Source: a virus
Lineage: Duplodnaviria > Caudoviricetes
Virus record (IMG/VR): IMGVR_UViG_3300044477_000065
Location: 1 to 29,423 of that record
Length of the DNA: 29,423 nucleotides
Direction: 5' to 3' (one strand)
In this document: one piece after another, positions 9,679 through 17,700 of the stretch
How the letters are laid out: every line of letters begins with the position of its first letter
Position numbering within the stretch: position 1 is the stretch's first letter
The notes under the pieces: model-generated
The model's input: only the letters and a program-made list of their open reading frames with translations
The model's database searches: none
Told to the model about the DNA's origin: nothing
Program-made: the position numbers and the translations under genes

Positions 9679-9720
9679 TAAAAATAAGAATGCCCGCACG
9701 GATTGTTATACCCGTGCGGG
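9679..9720 (-). terminator. Probable intrinsic terminator after the capsid cluster
   Basis: Minus strand reads CCCGCACGG-GTATAACAAT-CCGTGCGGG followed by CATTCTTATTTTT. Confidence 0.65.
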
Positions 9721-9732
9721 TGATGAAACTTT

Positions 9733-10158
9733 TTACTTCGCCTCTTCGTACCCCGGCACCTTGAGGAAGTGCTCGAAGTCGTCGGCGTCCACCTCGGCAA
9801 TGCCGTTCGCGTCGAACTCGATCTTGTTCTCCCTTACGCCGTAGAGGGCGAGTCCGGCGCACTCCGGATTCATAACCCGCTTCTTCACGGCGTCGGCCTT
9901 CTTGGGGGCCTTGGGAGTCTCGGGGGGAACGGGAGGCACCAGAGCGGTATCCTTCGCGGCAGGAGCCGCGTCCGGAGCTGGTCCGGTAGCGTTCGCGGAG
10001 TCGCCCTGCACGGGAGCGGTCGCATCCGGAGCCGGTCCGGTAGCGTTCGCGGAGTCGCCCTGGAAGTTCGCGTCGGCGGTGGATTGCACGGTCTGGTCGA
10101 TCTGCGCATTCGCGGTGTTCTGCTCGTCCTTGTTGGCGTTCGTTTCGTTCTTTGCCAT
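9733..10158 (-). CDS. Hypothetical low-complexity protein downstream of the capsid genes
   Basis: 141 aa; Ala/Pro/Asn-rich N-terminal half; small folded C-terminus (IEFDANGIAEVDADDFEHFLKVPGY); AGGAG/AAGGA RBS. Confidence 0.75.
   Translation of the reverse strand: MAKNETNANKDEQNTANAQIDQTVQSTADANFQGDSANATGPAPDATAPVQGDSANATGPAPDAAPAAKDTALVPPVPPETPKAPKKADAVKKRVMNPECAGLALYGVRENKIEFDANGIAEVDADDFEHFLKVPGYEEAK
9971..10062. repeat. Direct repeat, 38-bp core, 54-bp period, in frame
   Basis: tccggagcYggtccggtagcgttcgcggagtcgccctg at 9971-10008 and 10025-10062, encoding QGDSANATGPAPD twice. Confidence 0.9.
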
Positions 10159-10193
10159 TCCTTCTTTCTCCTTCTATTTGTTTCGTGTCCCGA

Positions 10194-10481
10194 TTACTCG
10201 GTCCACGCGAGCCACGTCACCAGGACCTTCTTCGTTGCGGTCGAGGTGCCGCCCGTGTTGTTGATTTTTCCGTTCGTGAGCACCTTGAATTCGCTCGTCA
10301 CGTCGGTGATGTCGCTCAGGTTGAAAACGGAAACCAGCTCGTCGTTCTTTTTGATGTCGGTCACGGTCACGTCGCCAGCCGCCGCGCCGGTAACGATTAC
10401 CTGGCGAAGGAAGGGCTTGGGCCGCGAAAGCATCTTCGAGAGGACGGGAAACGCGGTGATTATGCGCTTTTTGAAGCTCAT
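10194..10481 (-). CDS. Small beta-rich protein after the major capsid gene; possible capsid decoration protein
   Basis: ATG at 10481 with AAGGAG RBS (MSFKKRII...), 95 aa, Thr/Val-rich. Function is inferred from position only. Confidence 0.6.
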   Translation of the reverse strand: MSFKKRIITAFPVLSKMLSRPKPFLRQVIVTGAAAGDVTVTDIKKNDELVSVFNLSDITDVTSEFKVLTNGKINNTGGTSTATKKVLVTWLAWTE

Positions 10482-10495
10482 CGGCTTTCTCCTTA

Positions 10496-10533
10496 TGAAA
10501 GAATGCCGCCCCCGCATTACACGGGGACGGCAT
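10496..10533 (-). terminator. Hairpin directly after the major capsid gene (weak terminator or mRNA stabiliser)
   Basis: Minus strand ATGCCGTCCCCG...CGGGGGCGGCAT followed by TCTTTC. Confidence 0.55.
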
Positions 10534-10541
10534 CAGGCTGA

Positions 10542-11951
10542 TTAGTACCAGCCGAGGTCGGACGGCGACACGTTGCGGATGATACCGTGATACCACGGGA
10601 CCACCACGTCCGGGGTGCCGAACATGACGATGAGGAACGGGATGATCGCGCTCTTCGTGGGGAAGAGGTCGAACTTCATCGCCGGGAGGAACTGCGCCCA
10701 GCGCATCGCGGGCTGAACGGTGTCGTGCGTCATGAGGAGCACGTCGCCGGTTCCCGGAAGAACCTCGTTCCTGTCCACGAACGCCGTGGTCGAGGTCGCG
10801 GCTTTTCCGATCCTGGCGATTTCCTTCAGGCCGGTCGTCTCGCCCTTCTTGCCACGGGTGATGATGAAGCCGGTTCCGGGCTTGGTGCCATCGGGGGTGA
10901 TGGTGAGCGTGACCTTCTCCCCGGCAGCGACGGCGAGCGTCGCGACGGTAGCCGCTTCGGAGATACCCGCCTCGCTGATCGCGTGGACCGAGTAGGTGTA
11001 GTTTCCGGCGTCGGCGGCAACGAACTGGCTCGCGGCGTCGGACGCGGCGGCGGCGGTGATCGAGGGAGCGCTCGGGCGGTCGGCGGCAACGCCGATGGCG
11101 CTCACGGCCTCGCGGGTGAAGAACATCTTGTCCGGACCGGCCTCGTCGCCGCCGATGATGATGTCACCGGAGAACGTGGTCGGGTAGCGGGTGATGACCG
11201 GAGCGCCGCGATTCTCGCCCGCGTCGGTGCGGAAGCGATCCTTGACGACATCCTGGAGGTCTCCGGCGATGACGGACGGCATGAAGGCGTGAGAGACCGA
11301 GCCGCCGTTGTCGAAGACCATGCGGGAGACTTCCTTGAACGCCTTCTCGCCCTTGTTAATCATGGTGTCGCCGCGAAGGTCGTACACGTTCTTGCTTCCG
11401 CGCGGGGAGTTGACCGCGAGAATCTGCTTGATGACGTTATCGAACTGCTCGGGCACCGCGTCGGCGTTACCCTGGAAGAGTCCGTACTCCGCGCCCTTGA
11501 GGATGGTGAGGATACCGGCTTCCTTCTCGGACGCCTCGGCGTCTTCGAGAGTCGTCGCAGTCCTCATCTGAAGAGTGATCTCGCGATAGGTCTGCATATA
11601 CTTGACGAGCCGGGTCACGCGCTCAAGGGTCTGATCGGAGGAGCGAGCGTCGCCGCCTTCCTTGCCGAAGATCAGCCCATAGGAGCCCGGATCGTTGCGG
11701 CGGGTGTACTCAAGGACGCTGGAGCCGGTTTTCCGGGTCTTCAGGAGGTTCATGAGTTTGAAGTCGCCGCGTTTGGCGACCATCGCGTTCACCACCGAGG
11801 CGTCGATGTCCTGCGGAATGAGGGCGCGTCCCCCGGTCATGCTCGCCGAGTCGGTTCCGTAACCGGCCTGGAGAGACTTCATAAGCTCGTCACCGATGGC
11901 CTGACCGTATCCGAAGCCACCAGCAGAAGGCATACTGTCGAAAAGTCCCAT
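10542..11951 (-). CDS. Major capsid protein (Twort/A511/SPO1-like HK97 fold with an inserted Ig-like domain)
   Basis: 469 aa. N-terminus ELMKSLQAGYGTD..TGGRALIPQDID. Also EGGD..SDQTLER..VKYM, AEYGLFQGN and EQFD. Insertion YTYSVHAISEAGIS. Strong AAAGGAG RBS and strong codon bias. Confidence 0.92.
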   Translation of the reverse strand: MGLFDSMPSAGGFGYGQAIGDELMKSLQAGYGTDSASMTGGRALIPQDIDASVVNAMVAKRGDFKLMNLLKTRKTGSSVLEYTRRNDPGSYGLIFGKEGGDARSSDQTLERVTRLVKYMQTYREITLQMRTATTLEDAEASEKEAGILTILKGAEYGLFQGNADAVPEQFDNVIKQILAVNSPRGSKNVYDLRGDTMINKGEKAFKEVSRMVFDNGGSVSHAFMPSVIAGDLQDVVKDRFRTDAGENRGAPVITRYPTTFSGDIIIGGDEAGPDKMFFTREAVSAIGVAADRPSAPSITAAAASDAASQFVAADAGNYTYSVHAISEAGISEAATVATLAVAAGEKVTLTITPDGTKPGTGFIITRGKKGETTGLKEIARIGKAATSTTAFVDRNEVLPGTGDVLLMTHDTVQPAMRWAQFLPAMKFDLFPTKSAIIPFLIVMFGTPDVVVPWYHGIIRNVSPSDLGWY

Positions 11952-11986
11952 AGCTTTTCTCCTTTGGTTTTGTTTTCGCCCGATCC

Positions 11987-12685
11987 TTACTGGATGGACT
12001 TCAGAAGGGTGACAGTGTTGGCGTCGAGCAGAATGCCCTTATTCAACCTGTCCTCGATTATCGAGGCATCACGAAGGGTTATCTTTCCCTGGGTGACGGC
12101 CGCCATCGACTTCGCAAGCGCTACCTCGCGCGGAAGCTGTTCGACTTCCTGCACGTCGCCCTGTCCGACGAAACGGCGATCCTGCCGGGTCATGACGCTC
12201 TTCCTCATCGCGGGCTGATCGCCCATCGACTTGATGAGCTGGGCAGTCGCGATCTGATTCGCGGCCATGCTCTTCACGAGGTTCATCACCTCGGAATTCT
12301 GGGCGCGAAGGGCCTTGTTCTCCTCGACTACCAACGCAAGGCTCTTGGAGAGCGATTCGAGCACGGGCGTAACGTCGAGATACTGCACCTCGTCGTCATC
12401 CGCATCGACCGACTTCTTCATGGGCGGCTTGACACCCTCGCCATTGTCGTCGTCATCCTCGCCCTCGTTGTCCGCGTCGCCATCGCTCGGGCCTCCCGCG
12501 TTGTCGGCGTCGGGCTCGGCATGATTGTCGTCGCCTTCGCCCTCGTCGTCATCCTGGTAAAGCTCGTCGTCATCCGGAGCGGCGGGTACTTTTGCCTTAT
12601 CGGGTTTCGCGGGAGCATCACCCTTGAGAGCCTTTTCGAGGTCCGCGAGGGAATCGTCAAAGGCTTTTTCCAGAGTTCCATCCAT
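11987..12685 (-). CDS. Nested capsid scaffold protein (internal in-frame start)
   Basis: ATG at 12685 (codon 270 of the protease ORF, MDGTLEKAF...) is preceded by AAAGGAG at 8-nt spacing. An acidic linker and helical heptads follow. Confidence 0.7.
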   Translation of the reverse strand: MDGTLEKAFDDSLADLEKALKGDAPAKPDKAKVPAAPDDDELYQDDDEGEGDDNHAEPDADNAGGPSDGDADNEGEDDDDNGEGVKPPMKKSVDADDDEVQYLDVTPVLESLSKSLALVVEENKALRAQNSEVMNLVKSMAANQIATAQLIKSMGDQPAMRKSVMTRQDRRFVGQGDVQEVEQLPREVALAKSMAAVTQGKITLRDASIIEDRLNKGILLDANTVTLLKSIQ

Positions 12686-13492
12686 CTTGAATACTCCTTT
12701 CACTTGATTTTTGCCGTTTACCACCGCTTCGATGATTTCGTCGGCAACTTTATCGTCAATAACGCCGTTCTCGCGAATGATGGAACGCGCGGAGTCAAGC
12801 CCCGCACACTCACCAGTCGTCAGAGCGACGATGACCGCCTTGATAGCCCGCTTCTTCGAGTCACCGGCACCGTCAAGGTCTTGCTTGACGAGAGATGCAC
12901 CACCGGTCGCAGTCGCGGAATCGGTTGAATGTCCCACCTGGATGGACTTAACAAACGCAGAAGAAGAGAGGACAACCGGGCCGAGCGTTGAATTTACCGG
13001 GCGAGGAGTGATGCTTAATTCGCTCCAAAGCACGGAAGTCACTTTCTCGACCATTTTCTTGAGCTTTCCGTCCCATTCCTTAATTACCTTCGGGCGAAGA
13101 CCGCCGACGCTCGTTTTTATGTACGTTGCTCCGTCCTGGAGCTTGCTCACAAGTTCCTTTACGATCTCGTTTGATTTGAAAAGACGAGCCTTTACGATTG
13201 TGGTTTTACCCCGCCGTTCGACGGAAATAGGCTGACCGATTATGTATTTTTCCGGAGTCCAAGAAGGGTCTTCAGGGTCCGGACGAAGATGCTTGTGATC
13301 GTATGCGATGACTCCGTTAGAAAGGAAATACTCTTTGGAATCCATGAGCGCCCGCTGAAGAACGACTTGCTCTTGAAGGTCAAGATTCTCGTTTGAGGCT
13401 TCGGCGACGATTATCGGATTGCCGTTTTCGTCGGTTTCGAGGCTTTTTTGGAGCTTGAGTTCAAGGTATATTCTTTCGTTCTCGTCTTGCAT
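11987..13492 (-). CDS. Prohead protease fused in frame to scaffold
   Basis: 501 aa. ASNENLDLQEQVV, YDH, IIG.P, TSVGG and ELSITPRPVN are HK97-family prohead protease motifs. The C-terminal half is acidic and coiled-coil. Confidence 0.88.
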   Translation of the reverse strand: MQDENERIYLELKLQKSLETDENGNPIIVAEASNENLDLQEQVVLQRALMDSKEYFLSNGVIAYDHKHLRPDPEDPSWTPEKYIIGQPISVERRGKTTIVKARLFKSNEIVKELVSKLQDGATYIKTSVGGLRPKVIKEWDGKLKKMVEKVTSVLWSELSITPRPVNSTLGPVVLSSSAFVKSIQVGHSTDSATATGGASLVKQDLDGAGDSKKRAIKAVIVALTTGECAGLDSARSIIRENGVIDDKVADEIIEAVVNGKNQVKGVFKMDGTLEKAFDDSLADLEKALKGDAPAKPDKAKVPAAPDDDELYQDDDEGEGDDNHAEPDADNAGGPSDGDADNEGEDDDDNGEGVKPPMKKSVDADDDEVQYLDVTPVLESLSKSLALVVEENKALRAQNSEVMNLVKSMAANQIATAQLIKSMGDQPAMRKSVMTRQDRRFVGQGDVQEVEQLPREVALAKSMAAVTQGKITLRDASIIEDRLNKGILLDANTVTLLKSIQ

Positions 13493-13504
13493 CCTGTACC
13501 CCGG

Positions 13505-13562
13505 AAAATAAAAAAAAGGGGCACGTTCGCCTTCCGTATTCCGGAAAGTAGACGTGCCCCTT
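13505..13562 (-). terminator. Long imperfect hairpin plus U-tract just upstream of the protease RBS
   Basis: Minus strand AAGGGGCACGT-CTACTTTCCG-GAATA-CGGAAGGCGA-ACGTGCCCCTT followed by TTTTTTATTTT. Confidence 0.75.
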
Positions 13563-13592
13563 CTTCGTTAGGACAATTAGATTGTTATATTC

Positions 13593-13621
13593 TTTGTATC
13601 ACCATGATTATTTTTTGTCTA
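13593..13621 (-). promoter_or_regulatory. Putative sigma70-type promoter for the head operon
   Basis: TAGACA (13621-13616), 17-nt spacer, TACAAA (13598-13593) with an extended -10 TG, in an AT-rich intergenic region. Confidence 0.5.
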
Positions 13622-14470
13622 GTGGTCGAGATCATAAACAGTTATATTTTCTTTTACACCTATTTTTTTTCGTAATGCCCCGTATTTTTCGCATTCATCA
13701 TCGGAGGCGTATCTCCACCGAAAACCCTTTCCATGCTTCTTTACTCCACGGCAACAACTCGTAACCACGCTCGGGTTTACCCCGAGTCTTCTGTTTGCAT
13801 CTAATGTCCCGTGATAGATTATCCCGGTTTCAATGCAGATAACCGGCCTTACCGCCGCATCATGCGCGGCATCAAGGCTTTTTTGATTTGCCTTAATCCA
13901 TTCTGGGTCTTTTGCTTTCTGTTTGTTGGATTGCACAACCTTTGCAAGTATATCCGGATCAGAGTGTATGTACTCAAGCACGCGCTTGTGTTTTTCCTGC
14001 CATTCTGGCTTTCCGCACGCCGCTCTAACACTGTCAGAATGTTTCTTACGAAACACAGGATCGGAAAGCCGCTTGTTTATCGCTTCTCGTCGAAAAGCCC
14101 TCACCTCTTCCCTTGTGGCATAACTTCTAACCGCCTCTCTTATCTTTGCTTTCGTTTCTTCGTTTGGTATCGATCCCTCTCCGCCTGAGCACAGATTGTA
14201 TCCGCGTTCAGGATTTTGTGAATCATACGCAGCGATGAAAAGCGTTTCGCGCTGGCACAAAACCTTGTCATCGTTCGACTGAAAAAGTATCTCCCAAGAA
14301 AACGCATCCTTTCCGTATTTTTCGATAGCTCTTTGAAAGTAGAAAAACTTTTTACTACCCCTTCTTGCGTAGAAGTGGTGAATATTCTTTCTCTTACGTA
14401 ACTCCTGCACAGTCTTTCCAATGTAGACCTTGCCGGTAACTCCGTTTGTTGCAATATAGACGCACCCCAT
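13619..14470 (-). CDS. Free-standing GIY-YIG homing endonuclease with C-terminal NUMOD1/HTH DNA-binding module
   Basis: GCVYIATNGVTGKVYIGKT (GIY-YIG), R..H, AIEKYG..F, E..FI, GYN. C-terminal RPVICIETGIIY..ANRRLGV..VTSCCRG..GFRWRY. More AT-rich than its flanks. Confidence 0.92.
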   Translation of the reverse strand: MGCVYIATNGVTGKVYIGKTVQELRKRKNIHHFYARRGSKKFFYFQRAIEKYGKDAFSWEILFQSNDDKVLCQRETLFIAAYDSQNPERGYNLCSGGEGSIPNEETKAKIREAVRSYATREEVRAFRREAINKRLSDPVFRKKHSDSVRAACGKPEWQEKHKRVLEYIHSDPDILAKVVQSNKQKAKDPEWIKANQKSLDAAHDAAVRPVICIETGIIYHGTLDANRRLGVNPSVVTSCCRGVKKHGKGFRWRYASDDECEKYGALRKKIGVKENITVYDLDH

Positions 14471-14476
14471 ACGTCA

Positions 14477-14506
14477 ATGCTATTTCATTCCACAACAGAT
14501 TGTCTA
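14477..14506 (-). promoter_or_regulatory. Putative promoter giving a leaderless endonuclease mRNA
   Basis: TAGACA (14506-14501), 18-nt spacer, TAGCAT (14482-14477), then 6 nt to the ATG at 14470; no Shine-Dalgarno sequence visible. Confidence 0.45.
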
Positions 14507-14514
14507 GTCTTTTT

Positions 14515-14757
14515 TCACGAATTCTTTATCTGGTCGAGAAGACCGCGATACCGCGTCATGCCGAGCTTTGCCTTGACGTTGTACCCGTCGCTCAGGGCGT
14601 CGCCTTCCGTCGTGGCTAAACGCTTAGACGCCTCGGCAACGCTTTCCGAGTACTGATCCGCCCGATCCTTTATCCCCCCCTTCACCTTCAGGGCATGGTT
14701 TTTAGCCGCGCCGACGTGGGCAAGCGCCGTCATGATCGCCTGAGCACCATCCTTCAT
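14515..14757 (-). CDS. Hypothetical protein, 80 aa
   Basis: ATG abuts the helicase stop codon; AAGGAG upstream. Confidence 0.7.
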   Translation of the reverse strand: MKDGAQAIMTALAHVGAAKNHALKVKGGIKDRADQYSESVAEASKRLATTEGDALSDGYNVKAKLGMTRYRGLLDQIKNS

Positions 14758-17700
14758 TTACGCACTCCTTTTCGCTTCATCGCCGTGATTGTACCGCTCT
14801 TGCCTTACTTGAGCAAGGAACGGGGCAAGGCCGGTGTCGTCGAGCGATCCGGGGTCTTGCTGGAATATCTCGCCCAGCTTCGCCTTCCGCTGAATCCGGT
14901 CCCACTTCTTCCGCTCGTGTTCGGTATCCGTCACAAGGTCGTGATAATCAATCTCGTCGTGCGCCTGTCCGTTGCGGTCGATGCGGCCCTCGCGCTGCTC
15001 CTTCACCCATGAGGTTTGCGTGAGGTCGTAATTGACGAGGTACTTCGCGTTCTGGAGGTTCAAGCCGGTCGCGCCCGCGTCGGAAAGGACGATCACGTCG
15101 TACTGACGGTCTTTCGGGTTTGCCGGGTTAAACCCGGTTTTCACCTTGTCCTTTTCGTCTCCGCTCATCGCGCCGTGGATCACGCCAACGCGCAACCCCT
15201 TCGACTCCATCGCCTTCTTGACGGACTCGACGGAAGCGATATTGTGCGCGAATACGACGCCCGGAGCCCGGTCTCCTTTCTTTGCCGCCGTTTTCGGATT
15301 GTCCGCCGAATACCGCTTCGACTCGACAAGCTCCATGAGCTTGCCGATCTTCGCGTTGCTCTCGGGGTCAAACGAGTTGACGATCCGGTTATACGCCTCT
15401 TCCTTGATCGCCCCGGCAAAGCCTTGAAGCCGCTTGGCTATCTCCTCGTGCTCCACCTCGGGCTTACCTTCAAAGGATCGCGGGGAAAGCGTCTTCATGG
15501 CGTCGATATCGACCTTCCCGGCCTTCTCCGCGCGTGAAGCGCGACGGAATGCGTCGGTCGCGGCGTCGTAAGCCTCTTTCTGCGGTCCCGAAAGCTGTAC
15601 GACTTCCTTGTTCTCGTTCCGCTTTACGCCGGTCTCCGTAGGGCTTGCGTAGTTGTAGCGGTTGATGAGGCGCTGAAGTGCCTCGCGGGAATGCTCGGAA
15701 TCGACGCCGTACTTCTTGATAAACTCGTTTCGGTCAGTGAACCGATCCGGCGCGACCTTTCGGAGGAAGTCGAACGCCTCGGAAACGTCGTTTTTAACCG
15801 GCGTCGCCGACTGATTCATGAAGTACTCGGAATTCTGGTTAAGCGCGTCAAGGACGTTCGCCGTGGTAGAATCCTCTTTCCCTTTCCGGTTCGTCGTGTA
15901 ATGGGACTCGTCTACGGTCATCATGCCGAAGTCGATCCCGTTTTCCTTGAGTGTTTCCCCAAGGAATTCCTTTCGCTTATGCTCAGGCATATCGTTAAAG
16001 GCGTTCTTCGCCTCTTCCTCGGATACGCCCATCTTTTTCGACATGAGATGCACGAGGTCATCGCGAAGGGATTGGTGAGTAAAGACAACCATGTGATTCG
16101 ACGGGTCTTTCATCGCCGCAATGCGTCCTTCCCGGTCGAGTGAAGGATCGGCAACCGACTTGTATTTTCCCGGCTCCAGGTAGCGATTCACCTCGCCGCC
16201 GAATTGCTTCTGGACAACGGACGGAACCGCGAACACCGCACGCTTCGCAAGCCCTTTCGAGTGAAGATTGGTAAACGCGCCGATTGACGTGATCGACTTA
16301 CCCTTTCCCGTTCCGAAGGTGAGGTTCATCCTTTTCGTCCGCTCGAACATTTTCACCGCGCGTTGTTGTTGGGCGTGTTTTCCGCTCATCGACATCCCGG
16401 CAAACACACTGAAGGTCTCGCCGCGCCGAAGGTTTTGAGAAAGATCAGGGATCATGGAAGCGATCTGCTCCTCGGCACGCTTCCCGATTGAAACACGCTC
16501 GGAACCGTCTTCCTGCTTCAGTTCTTCGTCCCCGAAGAATGAACCCTGGGCGGCATCATCGCGTCGGCGTTGCTGAATGAGGTCAAACGCCTTGTCTTTC
16601 CACGATCCGGAAGCAAATTTTCCTCCGGATCGATTCGCAACCGTCGCTCCCGCCGATGCAAGCTCGGCATTCACCTTATTCATGAGCGAATCGCGCTCTT
16701 CCTTTCCGAGCATTCCAAGGATATGTTCCTGATGACCGGCGATCTTCTCCTTTTTCGTGGAAAGCGGCTTCTTCGTGATCTTCCCGTAATTCGAGCTGAA
16801 TCGATTCAGGAAGTCGCCCTTGATCGTGTCGAGGATAGCCGCCTGAGCCTTCTCGGGCGATCCGTGCATCCTGACGTACTCTCCCCAAGGCGATCCCTCG
16901 TGACGATCCGCGTTCGCACCGGCCTCGAATTCCGCCTCAGACACGCCGGACATGAACTTGAGGTAGTGATCCTTCATTTGCTCGCGGTAAAGCTCACCGA
17001 CTTTCTCAGGTAATGCGGCCTTGAGCTTTTCTACCTCTCGCCGCGCCTTGTCTTCGCTTTCCGTGATACGGCCCGCTTCGATATCCTTCTCAAGCCCTTC
17101 GATCTCGTCGAAAAGCGCGGAGGCTCCATCGACGCGGCCACGGCACGTTTCGGGTTTTGAAGGATCGGCGGAAGCGAGCGGATGCACCTCTTTCATGCCA
17201 AACATATCTTCGCTTGAACGGTTGTCGATAAGGTCCTTCTTTATCGCTTCCATCGCAACCGATTCGTCGTCGCCGTTTTTCGCCATGAACGATTTCCACT
17301 CACCGGCCTTGGTTTTCGCTTTCTCGCCCTGATATTCCCGCGTCGATTGAGACTCGGCGGTCGATCCCTTGTAGATATTTTTTTCCCAGTACCGGCGAAG
17401 ATCGGTTTGCTCCTGCGGGGAAAGCTCTTCCGACTTCTTGAATGCCATCACCCCCTCGGGAGTCTCGCCGAGCGTTCGATGGATGGCCTCTTGCGCACCC
17501 TTGAACGATTCGGGATCATCACCGATGGATTGATTATCAACATCGCCTTCCGGGAGGGATGCGTCGGGGCCGGGGTCTTGGAACGATTCCACCGTTCGCG
17601 ACACAACGCCAGCAGGGAGCCAGCCTTGCTCGTCAAACGCGCCAGCCTTGATTGAATCTACATCGCGCTCGACCGCGATCTCTTCAGGGTCAACGCCGAG

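Noticed and set aside
10587-12218. 543-aa plus-strand ORF opposite the capsid and scaffold genes
   Set aside because: Antisense shadow with unnatural composition, fully overlapping confident genes.
13493-14514. Group I intron around the GIY-YIG gene
   Set aside because: Both flanking genes appear complete, and there is too little non-coding sequence for an intron core.
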